This document shows positions 8,446-17,110 of a stretch of 31,281 nt of DNA, one piece after another; position 1 is the stretch's first letter, and the number at the start of each line of letters is the position of its first letter. A model generated the notes under the pieces. The model was given only the letters and a program-made list of their open reading frames with translations, did no database searches and had not been told where the DNA came from. Made by a program: the position numbers and the translations under genes. The DNA comes from Anaerolineae bacterium (GTDB lineage: Bacteria > Chloroflexota > Anaerolineae > Anaerolineales > E44-bin32), in assembly GCA_030673735.1 (NCBI GenBank), contig DAOVIK010000001.1, positions 1 through 31,281 of the forward strand, written 5' to 3'.

Positions 8446-9314
8446 GCGACCTGCTAGCCTGGCTGACAGAGCCCTTCCAATATCCTTTCATGCTTCGGGC
8501 GCTCTGGGCCTCCATGGTAGTCGGCGTGATTTGCCCCGTCTTGGGGACCTATGTCGTGCTGCGCGGCATGACGTTTTTAGGCGACGCACTGGCACACATC
8601 ATCCTTCCCGGCGTGGTCGTAGCGCATTTGCTGGGTTGGCCGCTTGCTGTAGGCGCTTTGATCGCTGGTGTGCTAGCAGCGCTGCTTATCGCGGCCATCA
8701 GCAGGCGCGCGGTTATTCGCGAGGACACCGTCGTAGGAGTGGTCTTTGCAGGAGCTTTCGCTCTGGGTATCGCTCTGCTCTCCCTGCGCGGAAACTACGC
8801 CATCGACCTTACTCACATTCTTTTCGGCAACCTCCTGGGCGTTTCTATCGCCGACCTGGTGCTTACTAGCGTTTTAGGACTGCTGGCGCTGCTGAGCGTT
8901 GTGGTCTTCTACAAGGAATTCCTGGTGTTATCGTTCGACCCAGTCCTGGCTGTTACGCTTCGTCTCCCCGTCAACTGGCTGCAGAACCTTCTGTTTGTCC
9001 TGATTGCCGTCGTGATCGTCGTGTCGATTCAAGTTGTGGGTGTGGCGTTGGTCTTAGCAATGCTGGTGACGCCGGCAGCGGCAGCATACATGCTCACGCG
9101 TCGCCTCTGGCCCATGATGGTGCTGGGAGCTGCTTTCGGAGTTATCTCCACCATCATCGGCCTCTACCTTTCTTTCTACGTCAACATCGCCTCTGGACCC
9201 GCGGTGGTGCTTGTAGAGACTGCGATCTTTGGATTGGTGTTCATCTTCTCTCCCCAGCGAGGCGTCGTACGAACCTGGCTGCGCCGGCGCCGCAATGCGG
9301 TCACCCCAACCTGA
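8442..9314 (+). CDS. znuB: Metal ABC transporter permease (ABC-3 family)
   Basis: FLGDALAH, HILFGNLLGV, SFDPVLA, LVTPAAAA motifs; GTGA overlap with the ATPase. Confidence 0.85.
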   Translation: MSDLLAWLTEPFQYPFMLRALWASMVVGVICPVLGTYVVLRGMTFLGDALAHIILPGVVVAHLLGWPLAVGALIAGVLAALLIAAISRRAVIREDTVVGVVFAGAFALGIALLSLRGNYAIDLTHILFGNLLGVSIADLVLTSVLGLLALLSVVVFYKEFLVLSFDPVLAVTLRLPVNWLQNLLFVLIAVVIVVSIQVVGVALVLAMLVTPAAAAYMLTRRLWPMMVLGAAFGVISTIIGLYLSFYVNIASGPAVVLVETAIFGLVFIFSPQRGVVRTWLRRRRNAVTPT

Positions 9315-9497
9315 GTCCCGCCTAAACGTGTCCCTTTAGACAGCGCTTCGCGTGGGCCCTCCAAATCTATCCTCGAGAGTCTAGGTTCCATCACTTCAAC
9401 CTGATTCAGCTTACATTGCGCATCAGCGCCGTTCTTGCGATGTCACATTCCTCATCGTAACTCGATTATCTTGATGAGCTCGAGGCAAGGCTGCGCC

Positions 9498-9525
9498 TTG
9501 CAAACCGTCTCGAAGCAGATATCAT
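9498..9525 (+). promoter_or_regulatory. Sigma70 promoter, probably leaderless, of the histidine kinase
   Basis: TTGCAA-16 nt-TATCAT, then 7 nt to ATG 9533; no SD. Confidence 0.55.
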
Positions 9526-9532
9526 TGAAAGC

Positions 9533-11290
9533 ATGAGACCCACACGGACCTGGCTGCCGATGAAACCGCAGGACTGGCTCATCGTGAGTGCACGATGGGT
9601 TTGGCTCGCTGCGCTGCCTATCATCGCCAGCCTTGCCGGTGTTATGTCTTCGAACCTGGCCTACATCCTCAGCGGCTGGGCCTTCTTATCATTCTTGGTA
9701 ACGTTACTCGACGCTACTGGATGGGGGCCCCCTCAACTGCAAGCGGCTGTGGTGACTATGGATCTCAGCTTCGCCGTGGCCGTTGTTGGCTTCTCGGGAA
9801 TGCTAGCCAGCCCTCTCTGGTGGGCCCTGCTAATTGCAGCGATACCACTTGGGCTTCGCTTCGGCACCAAGGAGGCCTTGCTGGTAAGCGCCGCAGGTGG
9901 GATCGCCGCAGCTACCATGATTCTCATCACAAGCGCCTCAACCCCCTGGATCCTGATACCCATCGCGTTTCAAACGCTCGCCGTGATCGTCTCCGGAGGA
10001 ATCCTTGGTTGGCTGACAAGCCGCGTTCGCACGCCGGCAATCGACATGGATAGCAGACAGGTTCTGGAACTGGAGGGACTTCGAAAGCTGGAGCGCGAGC
10101 GTACACGGACTCTATTCCGAATGGCCGCGGCTCTCAACGCCACATTGGATTACGAAGAAGTCCTCGAGATGGCGCTGGATCTAGGCGCAAAAACACTATC
10201 AAGAGGCCGTAGCGAAGATGACCAACTGGTAAGCGCCCTGTTGCTCTTCTCCGAAGGGGAGCTGCGCGTTGCCTCTGCGCGACGCCTCACCCATGCAGAC
10301 TGGCGCATCTCTCTCCACGGTGAAGAAGGCGTAATCCACCACGCGCTCAACTCAGGAGAGGCACAGTTGATTCATTCGCCGATGAAAGATCCAGAGATTG
10401 GCCAACTGGCGGCTCTTCACGCCAGCAGCGTCGCCCTCTGTATCCCTTTGAGCGCCGGCCTGGAAGCACATGGGGTACTGATCTACGCCCACAAAGACAC
10501 TAAGTACCTTTCGGCCGGGCGCGTGGAGTTGCTTCAGGCAATCGGCGAGCAAGCCATGATCGCTTTGCAAAATGCGCGCCTTTACCGAGATCTGCTGCAG
10601 GAAAAAGAACGTATTACCGAAATACAGGAAGAAGCACGCAAGCAGCTAGCGCGCGACCTACACGACGGTCCCACCCAATCGATCGCCGCCATTGCCATGC
10701 GCATAAACTTCGCCCGACGGCTTATGGAAAGAGATTTGGATGCAACTGTGGATGAACTCCAGAAGGTGGAGAGCATCGCCCGGCGCACCACCAAGGAAAT
10801 CCGCCACATGCTCTTTACGCTTCGGCCTCTGATCCTGGAAACGCAGGGGTTGATCGGCGCACTGTATCAGCTCGCCGAAAAGATGCGCGACACCCACGGC
10901 CAAGACGTGTACGTCGAAGTTGAAGATGAGATCACCGAGGACTTCGAGCTCGGCAAACAAGCAGTGCTCTTCTACATTGCTGAGGAGGCAGTCAATAATG
11001 CCCGCAAGCATGCAGAGGCTGAGCACGTCTGGTTGCGTCTAAAGAAGCAGGAAGACATGTTTCTTCTCGAGATTGAGGACGATGGTGTGGGCTTCAACGT
11101 GGGTTCCGTGGATGCTGATTACGAGCAACGAGGCAGCTTGGGTATGGTAAACATGCGCGAGCGTGCGGAGCTCGTCAATGGGGCACTTCGCATCGAATCG
11201 GCCGAAGGTAAAGGCACTTGCATCAGGGTTTTTGTACCCCTTACCGAAGAGAGTGCTGAGCGACTTCAACATCTCGGCACAGCTATTTAA
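9533..11290 (+). CDS. Membrane-bound GAF-domain sensor histidine kinase (HisKA_3, DegS-like)
   Basis: N-terminal TM bundle, GAF domain (ALQNARLY end), H box ARDLHDGPTQS, N box EAVNNARKHA, G1 DDGVGF, G2 LGMVNMRERA. Confidence 0.9.
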   Translation: MRPTRTWLPMKPQDWLIVSARWVWLAALPIIASLAGVMSSNLAYILSGWAFLSFLVTLLDATGWGPPQLQAAVVTMDLSFAVAVVGFSGMLASPLWWALLIAAIPLGLRFGTKEALLVSAAGGIAAATMILITSASTPWILIPIAFQTLAVIVSGGILGWLTSRVRTPAIDMDSRQVLELEGLRKLERERTRTLFRMAAALNATLDYEEVLEMALDLGAKTLSRGRSEDDQLVSALLLFSEGELRVASARRLTHADWRISLHGEEGVIHHALNSGEAQLIHSPMKDPEIGQLAALHASSVALCIPLSAGLEAHGVLIYAHKDTKYLSAGRVELLQAIGEQAMIALQNARLYRDLLQEKERITEIQEEARKQLARDLHDGPTQSIAAIAMRINFARRLMERDLDATVDELQKVESIARRTTKEIRHMLFTLRPLILETQGLIGALYQLAEKMRDTHGQDVYVEVEDEITEDFELGKQAVLFYIAEEAVNNARKHAEAEHVWLRLKKQEDMFLLEIEDDGVGFNVGSVDADYEQRGSLGMVNMRERAELVNGALRIESAEGKGTCIRVFVPLTEESAERLQHLGTAI

Positions 11291-11477
11291 AACCGTGCCA
11301 GCATGATCAATTTCTCCCTCTGAAGCGCATTGCCCGATGCGCAGTCCAGGCGCCATATTTCAACGTCAGCCACTCAAGCCAACGTTGCGACGCCAATATA
11401 ACCAAGCACCTGCCTTCGAGATTAGGCTAGCTCATACCCGGTCACACATCCGTGCGCGGGATGTAATTACGCCCACG

Positions 11478-11506
11478 TTGCCTCCATTACATCCATCGCA
11501 TACAAT
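11478..11506 (+). promoter_or_regulatory. Sigma70 promoter of the small Cys protein-trxB-hydrolase operon
   Basis: TTGCCT-17 nt-TACAAT. Confidence 0.65.
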
Positions 11507-11531
11507 TTCATGGGGGCCAGAGGAGGATGCC

Positions 11532-11774
11532 ATGACACACGATCTATCTATTGAATTCTTCATGTGTCCCCGTTGTCTTGTAGCCCAAATCAAAGCCGGA
11601 ACATGTCCTGAATGTAACGTGGAGTTGATTACATGCCATCCGGGAGCGGAAAACGACCCCTGTCGCCGTCCGTTGATGAATGCCGAAGGCCAGGTGCTTT
11701 CTCGAGCTCCCTTGTGGTGGTTGGCGCACTCTGCCAGTTCGTTGGTAGCCCAATTCGAAGATAATCATTCGTAG
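11532..11774 (+). CDS. Small Cys-rich, zinc-ribbon-like hypothetical protein (80 aa)
   Basis: SD AGGAGG before ATG 11532; CPRC-x9-CPEC-x6-C-x8-C. Confidence 0.75.
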   Translation: MTHDLSIEFFMCPRCLVAQIKAGTCPECNVELITCHPGAENDPCRRPLMNAEGQVLSRAPLWWLAHSASSLVAQFEDNHS

Positions 11775-11798
11775 GACCCGGCCAAGAGCGAGGAATCA

Positions 11799-12722
11799 AT
11801 GCCTAGAGAGAAGGTCATCATTATAGGGTCTGGCCCGGCGGGGCTGACCGCTGCATTGTACACATCACGCGCCATCTTGAAACCATTGGTGATCTCAGGA
11901 AACCAGCTGGGAGGCCAGGTTTCAATCACCTCCGAGGTTGAAAATTATCCCGGTTTTCCAGAAGGCACAACGGGGCCAGAACTGGTGGACTTCATGCAGA
12001 AGCAGGCCGAGAAATTCGGCGCACGAGTTCTCATCGATGAGGTCACTCAAGTTGATCTGCGCAATGGCTCACCCTTCACCGTCAAGACCCATGGGGATGA
12101 ATTCGAGACCGAGGCGTTGATCATCTGCACCGGAGCATCCCCGCGGCGTCTCGGCATCCCCGGCGAGGAGGAGTTGATCGGGCGGGGAGTTTCGTTTTGC
12201 GCCACCTGCGATGGCTTCTTCTTCCGTGAAAAAGAGGTGGTTGTGGTCGGCGGCGGCGACAGCGCAATGGAGGAAGCCAACTTTCTGACACGCTTCGCAA
12301 AACACGTGCGTGTGATTCACCGGCGCGATGAACTGCGCGCTGGGGAGACCCTGAAGCAACGCGCCTTCGCTAACCAGAAGATCAGCTTTGTGTGGGATAG
12401 CGTGGTTACGGAAGTGCTCGGAGACGGCCAAGTTCAAGCCGTGCGCGTTCGCAACGTGAAAACCGACGAGGATCAGGAAATAGCCTCCGACGGAGTGTTT
12501 GTCGCCATTGGGCATATTCCTAACAGCGCTCTCTTCAAGGATCAGTTGGAGATGGACGATCGCGAGTATCTAAAGACCGATGCACGCATGATGACCAGCG
12601 TCCCCGGGGTTTTTGCCGCCGGCGAAATCCAAGATCCGACTTTTCGTCAAATCGCGACCTCTGTCGGTCAGGGATCCGCAGCGGCGATGATGGCCGAACG
12701 TTGGCTCGAAGAGCAAGAGTGA
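11799..12722 (+). CDS. trxB: Thioredoxin-disulfide reductase
   Basis: GSGPAG FAD motif, CATCDG redox CxxC, GGGDSA and HRRD NADPH motifs. Confidence 0.96.
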   Translation: MPREKVIIIGSGPAGLTAALYTSRAILKPLVISGNQLGGQVSITSEVENYPGFPEGTTGPELVDFMQKQAEKFGARVLIDEVTQVDLRNGSPFTVKTHGDEFETEALIICTGASPRRLGIPGEEELIGRGVSFCATCDGFFFREKEVVVVGGGDSAMEEANFLTRFAKHVRVIHRRDELRAGETLKQRAFANQKISFVWDSVVTEVLGDGQVQAVRVRNVKTDEDQEIASDGVFVAIGHIPNSALFKDQLEMDDREYLKTDARMMTSVPGVFAAGEIQDPTFRQIATSVGQGSAAAMMAERWLEEQE

Positions 12723-12726
12723 GATC

Positions 12727-13512
12727 ATGAAAACAGCAGCCGGGATCTCCTACTCCGAGAGCGGCGGCGCGGAATCCGCTACCGGGAGGTACCCCCTGAT
12801 CCTGATTCATGGAGCGGGGGGCTCAGCCCTCCATTGGCCGCCCGAAGTGCGCCGCTTGCCGGGGCATTGGGTTTTGGGCATCGATCTTCCGGGACACGGT
12901 GAATCCGGTGGCGAAGGTCAAGCAACCATTGAGGGCTATGTCGAGCGTCTGAAAGCTTGGCTGAATGCGCTTTCCATCGATCGTGCAATATGGGTTGGGC
13001 ATTCGATGGGAGGGGGAATATCCCTGACCGCCGCGCTCCTGATCCCAGATCGCGTGGCGGGATTGGTGCTCGTGGGAACAGGAGGTCGCCTGCGTGTGCA
13101 TTCTTCGATCCTGGAGGCCTCCGCCCAGCCCGAGACGTTCCGCGGCGCGGTCGACATCATCATCTCATGGGCCTTCAGCCCAGAGGCCCCTCCAAAGCTC
13201 ACAAAACTGGCCGCTAAACGCATGGCGGAAACCCAGCCACATGTGTTACACCACGATTTCAAGGCCTGCAACCAATTTGATGTGATGTCCCGTCTTGAAG
13301 AGATCAACGTACCCGCGATCGCCATATGCGGACGGGACGACAATCTCACTCCGCCCAAATATAGCGAGTACCTTGCGGAGCACATTCCCGATGCGCGCCT
13401 GACGCTTATCGACGGTGCCGGGCACATGGTGATGTTGGAAAAGCCAGCCGAAGTGGCTCAAGCAATCCATGATTTCACCTCGCAGCTGATGGCCAAGGAA
13501 GAAGCTCCCTAG
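12727..13512 (+). CDS. Alpha/beta fold hydrolase
   Basis: HGAGG oxyanion motif, DLPGHG, nucleophile GHSMGG, CGRDD Asp, GAGH His. Confidence 0.88.
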   Translation: MKTAAGISYSESGGAESATGRYPLILIHGAGGSALHWPPEVRRLPGHWVLGIDLPGHGESGGEGQATIEGYVERLKAWLNALSIDRAIWVGHSMGGGISLTAALLIPDRVAGLVLVGTGGRLRVHSSILEASAQPETFRGAVDIIISWAFSPEAPPKLTKLAAKRMAETQPHVLHHDFKACNQFDVMSRLEEINVPAIAICGRDDNLTPPKYSEYLAEHIPDARLTLIDGAGHMVMLEKPAEVAQAIHDFTSQLMAKEEAP

Positions 13513-13535
13513 GCATTGCTGCTTTACTAAATGCC

Positions 13536-13566
13536 ACACGGGCGCTGGCTTGCAGCGCCCGTGTTT
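13536..13566. terminator. Hairpin between convergent hydrolase and rdgB genes
   Basis: Perfect 12-bp stem ACACGGGCGCTG/CAGCGCCCGTGT, 5-nt loop, short T tail on the plus strand. Confidence 0.65.
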
Positions 13567-13609
13567 GCCTATTCGATTCCTTGCCCGCGAGGGTTTTCTG
13601 AGCAACCTC

Positions 13610-14212
13610 TTACGCTTCTAAACCTAGGCGTTTGCGAAGGATGGGGAGGATCGCCTGAATGGCGTTCGCACGATGACTCAAGCGGTTCTTCTCCTCCATC
13701 TCCAGTTCTGCCATCGTACGCCCCACTCCATGCAGAAGGAAAATCGGATCATAGCCGAAGCCCATGTCACCTCGCTCTTCGGGAATGATCTCCCCCTGGC
13801 ATTCACCCTCTGCAAGATCAATCGCGCCTCCGGGGCTGGCCAAGGCTACCACGCTGAGAAAACGCGCCGTCCAGGGCCTGGGATAGGGCGCAAGCAAAGC
13901 CAGCAAGCGCTGCCTGCGTTGCTTATCAGTGCCTGTGGGCCCTATCAGTCGCGCCGAGTGCAGGCCCGGCGCCCCCTCCAGGGCATCCACCTCCAGGCCG
14001 GTGTCGTCCGCCAGACACCACATGCCGCTGGCGGCGCTGAAGGTGGCTGCCTTTAGACTGGCGTTTGAGGCATAATCGGCGCCAACCTCGTCCACATCAA
14101 GCTGCAAATCCAGGTTTTGGGGGTCCAGCAACGCCATTCCCAACCCATCAAGTAGGGCTCGCAACTCAGCCAATTTGCCCTTGTTTTTGGTTCCCAAAAG
14201 CAAGCTTTCCAC
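13610..14212 (-). CDS. rdgB: RdgB/HAM1 non-canonical purine NTP pyrophosphatase
   Basis: GTKNKGK, NASLKA, ADDTGLEVDALEGAPG, GFGYDPIF, SHRANA; GTG 14212 is the likely start (the ORF extends to 14254). Confidence 0.93.
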   Translation of the reverse strand: MESLLLGTKNKGKLAELRALLDGLGMALLDPQNLDLQLDVDEVGADYASNASLKAATFSAASGMWCLADDTGLEVDALEGAPGLHSARLIGPTGTDKQRRQRLLALLAPYPRPWTARFLSVVALASPGGAIDLAEGECQGEIIPEERGDMGFGYDPIFLLHGVGRTMAELEMEEKNRLSHRANAIQAILPILRKRLGLEA

Positions 14213-14247
14213 GACTTTTTCCGTATGGCTACTCGAACAGTACCACA

Positions 14248-14294
14248 TCACCAAATGCAGGCCGGTTCCGGCACATTACCCCTACATATGGTTG
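14248..14294. promoter_or_regulatory. Candidate tandem NrdR boxes in the rdgB leader
   Basis: CCCCTACATATGGTTG (14279-14294) and a weaker TCACCAAATGCAGGCC (14248-14263), 31 bp apart, versus recalled consensus acaCwAtATaTwGtgt. Confidence 0.35.
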
Positions 14295-14341
14295 CAACCG
14301 CATAACTATATGCACCTTATGTCTAGTTCTAATGTTCATTC

Positions 14342-14370
14342 TTGACCGGCGATTCTAACTATGATATAAT
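14342..14370 (+). promoter_or_regulatory. Strong sigma70 promoter for yceD-rpoD
   Basis: TTGACC-17 nt-TATAAT with extended -10 TG. Confidence 0.85.
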
Positions 14371-14382
14371 CGCCTCTGGTTC

Positions 14383-14922
14383 GTGGAAACCCAATTGCCA
14401 GGTGGTGTCCAGCTGAACACGCATGATCCGTTGCGGTTGAACGTCGGATTTATGCTCCATGAAAGCGTCGGCTTCAGCCGCAACTTTGATTTTGACCTCC
14501 CCGAAGTAGCCATCGAAGACATTCAGCTTGCCGCCTTTAGCGGGAATGCCAGCTTGACTCGCACAGCGCAAGGCTTATACGCACAAGGAGAGTTCACGGC
14601 CATTTCCCCCTCGCAATGCGTACGCTGCCTTGGAGAATACGATCAGCAACTTGCCGCAGAGTTGTCTGAATTGTTCGCGTACCCACCCGCTTCCGCATCC
14701 GATCCGCAGCTTGCGGTTTCCGTAACAGGCATCCTCGACCTTATCCCCATCTTGCGCGATTGCTTTCTTTTGGCCGTTCCGCTTCAACTCTTGTGCAATC
14801 CGGATTGTAAGGCTCTATGTGCGATTTGTGGTAACGATCGCAATCAGGCTGCTTGTGACCATCCTGAAGCCGAGGTCGATCCCCGCTTTGAGGTGCTTAA
14901 GTCATTGCTGCCTAAACAGTGA
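14383..14922 (+). CDS. yceD: DUF177/YceD family protein
   Basis: LRLNVGF, QCVRCL, LLAVP...LCNPDCKALCAICG, DPRFEVLKSL; the true start may be a few codons downstream. Confidence 0.85.
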   Translation: METQLPGGVQLNTHDPLRLNVGFMLHESVGFSRNFDFDLPEVAIEDIQLAAFSGNASLTRTAQGLYAQGEFTAISPSQCVRCLGEYDQQLAAELSELFAYPPASASDPQLAVSVTGILDLIPILRDCFLLAVPLQLLCNPDCKALCAICGNDRNQAACDHPEAEVDPRFEVLKSLLPKQ

Positions 14923-14997
14923 TCACGTTCACATGGCATCCGTTGTAGGGCTCTGTGTCAAATGAGCCCTCTCTCCTAGCCAACAAGGAGCTTGTGA

Positions 14998-16173
14998 ATG
15001 AGCATCTCCAACGAACGGTTGCAGAAACGAGAAGCTCTGGTAGGCCTGCTCGAAAAGGGTGACTTTCAAGGCTATGTCACGCTGGACGAGGTCTTGAGGA
15101 TCTTTCCCGAGGCCGAAGACGAAGAAGAACGATTGGAGCGCCTGGAATCCTACTTCCGTGGTGCTGGCATCGAGGTCTACGAAGAGATCTCGGATGTTCC
15201 GCCCCACATGCGCGCCGAAACCGAGTACACCGACGGCGAACCTTTCGACTTGAGCGAGATATCCAGCGACGACACCGTCGGCCTGTACTTGAAGGAAATG
15301 GCGCGCGTACCTCTGCTGAATACCGAAGAAGAGGTCGATCTCGCCAAGCGCATCGAGCGCGGCAAGGCCGCTCAAGCAAGCCTCATGGGGCTCAACGGCA
15401 CCCCGAAGTCCAGTGAGCGCGCGCTGCTGCGCAGCCACGTCCACGACGGCCAGGCAGCACGCCATCATCTCATCAAGGCCAACACTCGCCTGGTGGTCAG
15501 CATCGCCAAGAAGTACATGGGCCGCGGCGTACCCTTCTTGGATCTGATCCAGGAAGGCAACCTTGGCCTCATGAAGGCCGTAGAGAAGTTTGACTATCAT
15601 CGCGGTTATCGCTTTAGCACATACGCCACTTGGTGGATCCGTCAGACCATAACCCGCGCCATCGCCGATCAGGGACGCACGATCCGCGTTCCCGTTCATA
15701 TGTCTGATCGCATCCGCCGCCTGTACAAGCTCGCCCGACAGTTGGAACAGTACTTGGGCCGCAAGGCCACTCCCGAAGAGATTGCCGAGAGCATGCAAGT
15801 CGACGCTCGCAAGGTGCAGTGGATGATGCGCGTCTCTTGGCGGCCGTTATCGCTCGAGACTCCCGTTGGGGAGGAGGAGGATTCGGAGCTCGGATCCTTT
15901 GTCGAGGATAAGGCTACCCCTACTCCCACGCAGAGCGCCTATGAGAATCTCCTCGGCGCCAAGATCGAAGAAGTCCTTTCCACGCTCAGCCCGCGCGAGG
16001 CTCGCATCCTGCGCCTGCGCTTCGGCTTACATAACGGTCGTCCATACACGCTCGAGGAAGTGGGCCAGAAATTCGGCTTGACGCGCGAACGCATTCGTCA
16101 GATCGAAGGCAAGGCACTGCGCCGATTGCGCCATCCGCGGCGCTCTCGCCAGCTTAGGGACTACCTTTCCTGA
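14998..16173 (+). CDS. rpoD: Primary or primary-like sigma70 factor (RpoD/SigA)
   Basis: Region 1.1 (GYVTLDEV), 1.2 ([16 protein letters not shown]), 2 ([29 protein letters not shown]), 4 ([20 protein letters not shown]); SD AAGGAG. Confidence 0.92.
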   Translation: MSISNERLQKREALVGLLEKGDFQGYVTLDEVLRIFPEAEDEEERLERLESYFRGAGIEVYEEISDVPPHMRAETEYTDGEPFDLSEISSDDTVGLYLKEMARVPLLNTEEEVDLAKRIERGKAAQASLMGLNGTPKSSERALLRSHVHDGQAARHHLIKANTRLVVSIAKKYMGRGVPFLDLIQEGNLGLMKAVEKFDYHRGYRFSTYATWWIRQTITRAIADQGRTIRVPVHMSDRIRRLYKLARQLEQYLGRKATPEEIAESMQVDARKVQWMMRVSWRPLSLETPVGEEEDSELGSFVEDKATPTPTQSAYENLLGAKIEEVLSTLSPREARILRLRFGLHNGRPYTLEEVGQKFGLTRERIRQIEGKALRRLRHPRRSRQLRDYLS

Positions 16174-16214
16174 CTCCTAGCGCGTTCGCGCGTGCCCACA
16201 ACAGCCTCCCCCTG

Positions 16215-16250
16215 TCAAGCACCCAGCTCAAAAGCTGGGTGCTTGAGTTT
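16215..16250. terminator. Terminator between rpoD and the convergent small gene
   Basis: Perfect 14-bp stem TCAAGCACCCAGCT/AGCTGGGTGCTTGA, 4-nt loop, GTTT tail. Confidence 0.75.
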
Positions 16251-16292
16251 CCATATAAGACCAAATCGTGTAGGTTGTCAGACGCATTGAGA

Positions 16293-16544
16293 CTATATCG
16301 GCTCGTGCTTGCCTCCGAAATCCCCCGGCGCTCTCAGCAGTCGCCAAGCGCTCTCGCTCTGTAGATAGGCCAACTCATACACCTGCCCTACAGGCGCCAT
16401 TACCAGCATGTGTTGCGCTCCCTCATGCTCCCAGCGCCTCCCCAAAGACATGATGACATACCGGCGACCTCGCCAGAAGAAGGCGGTCGGGCGCGGTGTT
16501 CCGTCGCGATCGAATTGCGCCTCGACCTCGATGGGCTCGTTCAT
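16293..16544 (-). CDS. Small hypothetical protein, DUF6504-like (83 aa)
   Basis: MNEPIEVEAQFD...PTAFFWRGRRYVI...W; ATGA overlap with the CinA-family gene stop. Confidence 0.65.
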   Translation of the reverse strand: MNEPIEVEAQFDRDGTPRPTAFFWRGRRYVIMSLGRRWEHEGAQHMLVMAPVGQVYELAYLQSESAWRLLRAPGDFGGKHEPI

Positions 16545-17023
16545 GCTCGCTCCTCGAGTTCGTCGAGCAGCAACTTCAGAGCCGCCTCGGCAGAGTTGTT
16601 CTTGTTCTCTGCCCGATCGCCGCTCCACTCGTAACGCTCGGCGCGCTCCCCCGTTGGGGTGATCACCGCAATCCAAGTAAGTCCCACGGGCTTTTGCGCC
16701 GTTCCACCCCCGGGTCCGGCAATGCCCGTGACCGCCACACCGACTTGCGCGCCGAGCGCTTTCCGAACTCCACGCGCCATCTCTAATGCGCACTGACGGC
16801 TCACTGCACCATGCTGTGCTAGCGTTTCACCGCGTACACCCAGCACGGCTTGTTTGACCGTATCGGCATAGCTCACCACGCCTCCCAGAAAGTACTGCGA
16901 TGAGCCAGGAGCGCTGGTCACAAGGTGAGCAATCAAACCGCCCGTGCTCGATTCGGCCACGGCCATGGTCAAGCCTCTGGCTCTCATCGTCTCTCCCACG
17001 GAGACCTCAAGTGGTGTCTTCAT
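16541..17023 (-). CDS. pncC: CinA C-terminal domain / PncC nicotinamide-nucleotide amidohydrolase
   Basis: AVAESSTGG, PGSSQYF, GAVS...MARG, TGIAGPGGG, KPVG; SD GGAG. Confidence 0.85.
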   Translation of the reverse strand: MKTPLEVSVGETMRARGLTMAVAESSTGGLIAHLVTSAPGSSQYFLGGVVSYADTVKQAVLGVRGETLAQHGAVSRQCALEMARGVRKALGAQVGVAVTGIAGPGGGTAQKPVGLTWIAVITPTGERAERYEWSGDRAENKNNSAEAALKLLLDELEERA

Positions 17024-17074
17024 GCCAATCTCCTGTTTTCGACCATCTCTCGAAATGGATTATATACGCACCTG

Positions 17075-17103
17075 TTGACAGCCCTCTGTGCCAAAGGTAT
17101 GCT
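17075..17103 (+). promoter_or_regulatory. Sigma70 promoter of xseAB, probably leaderless
   Basis: TTGACA-17 nt-TATGCT, then 7 nt to GTG 17111. Confidence 0.7.
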
Positions 17104-17110
17104 TCGAATC

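Noticed and set aside
12720-12722. Selenocysteine readthrough at the trxB TGA
   Set aside because: The protein is already full length for a bacterial low-molecular-weight TrxR, and the next gene starts 4 nt later
14923-14997. Missing rpmF after yceD
   Set aside because: No L32 ORF fits in the 75-bp gap; loss of this linkage is an ordinary rearrangement
14929-15798. 289-aa minus-strand ORF
   Set aside because: Antisense shadow of the highly conserved rpoD; no SD or protein motifs
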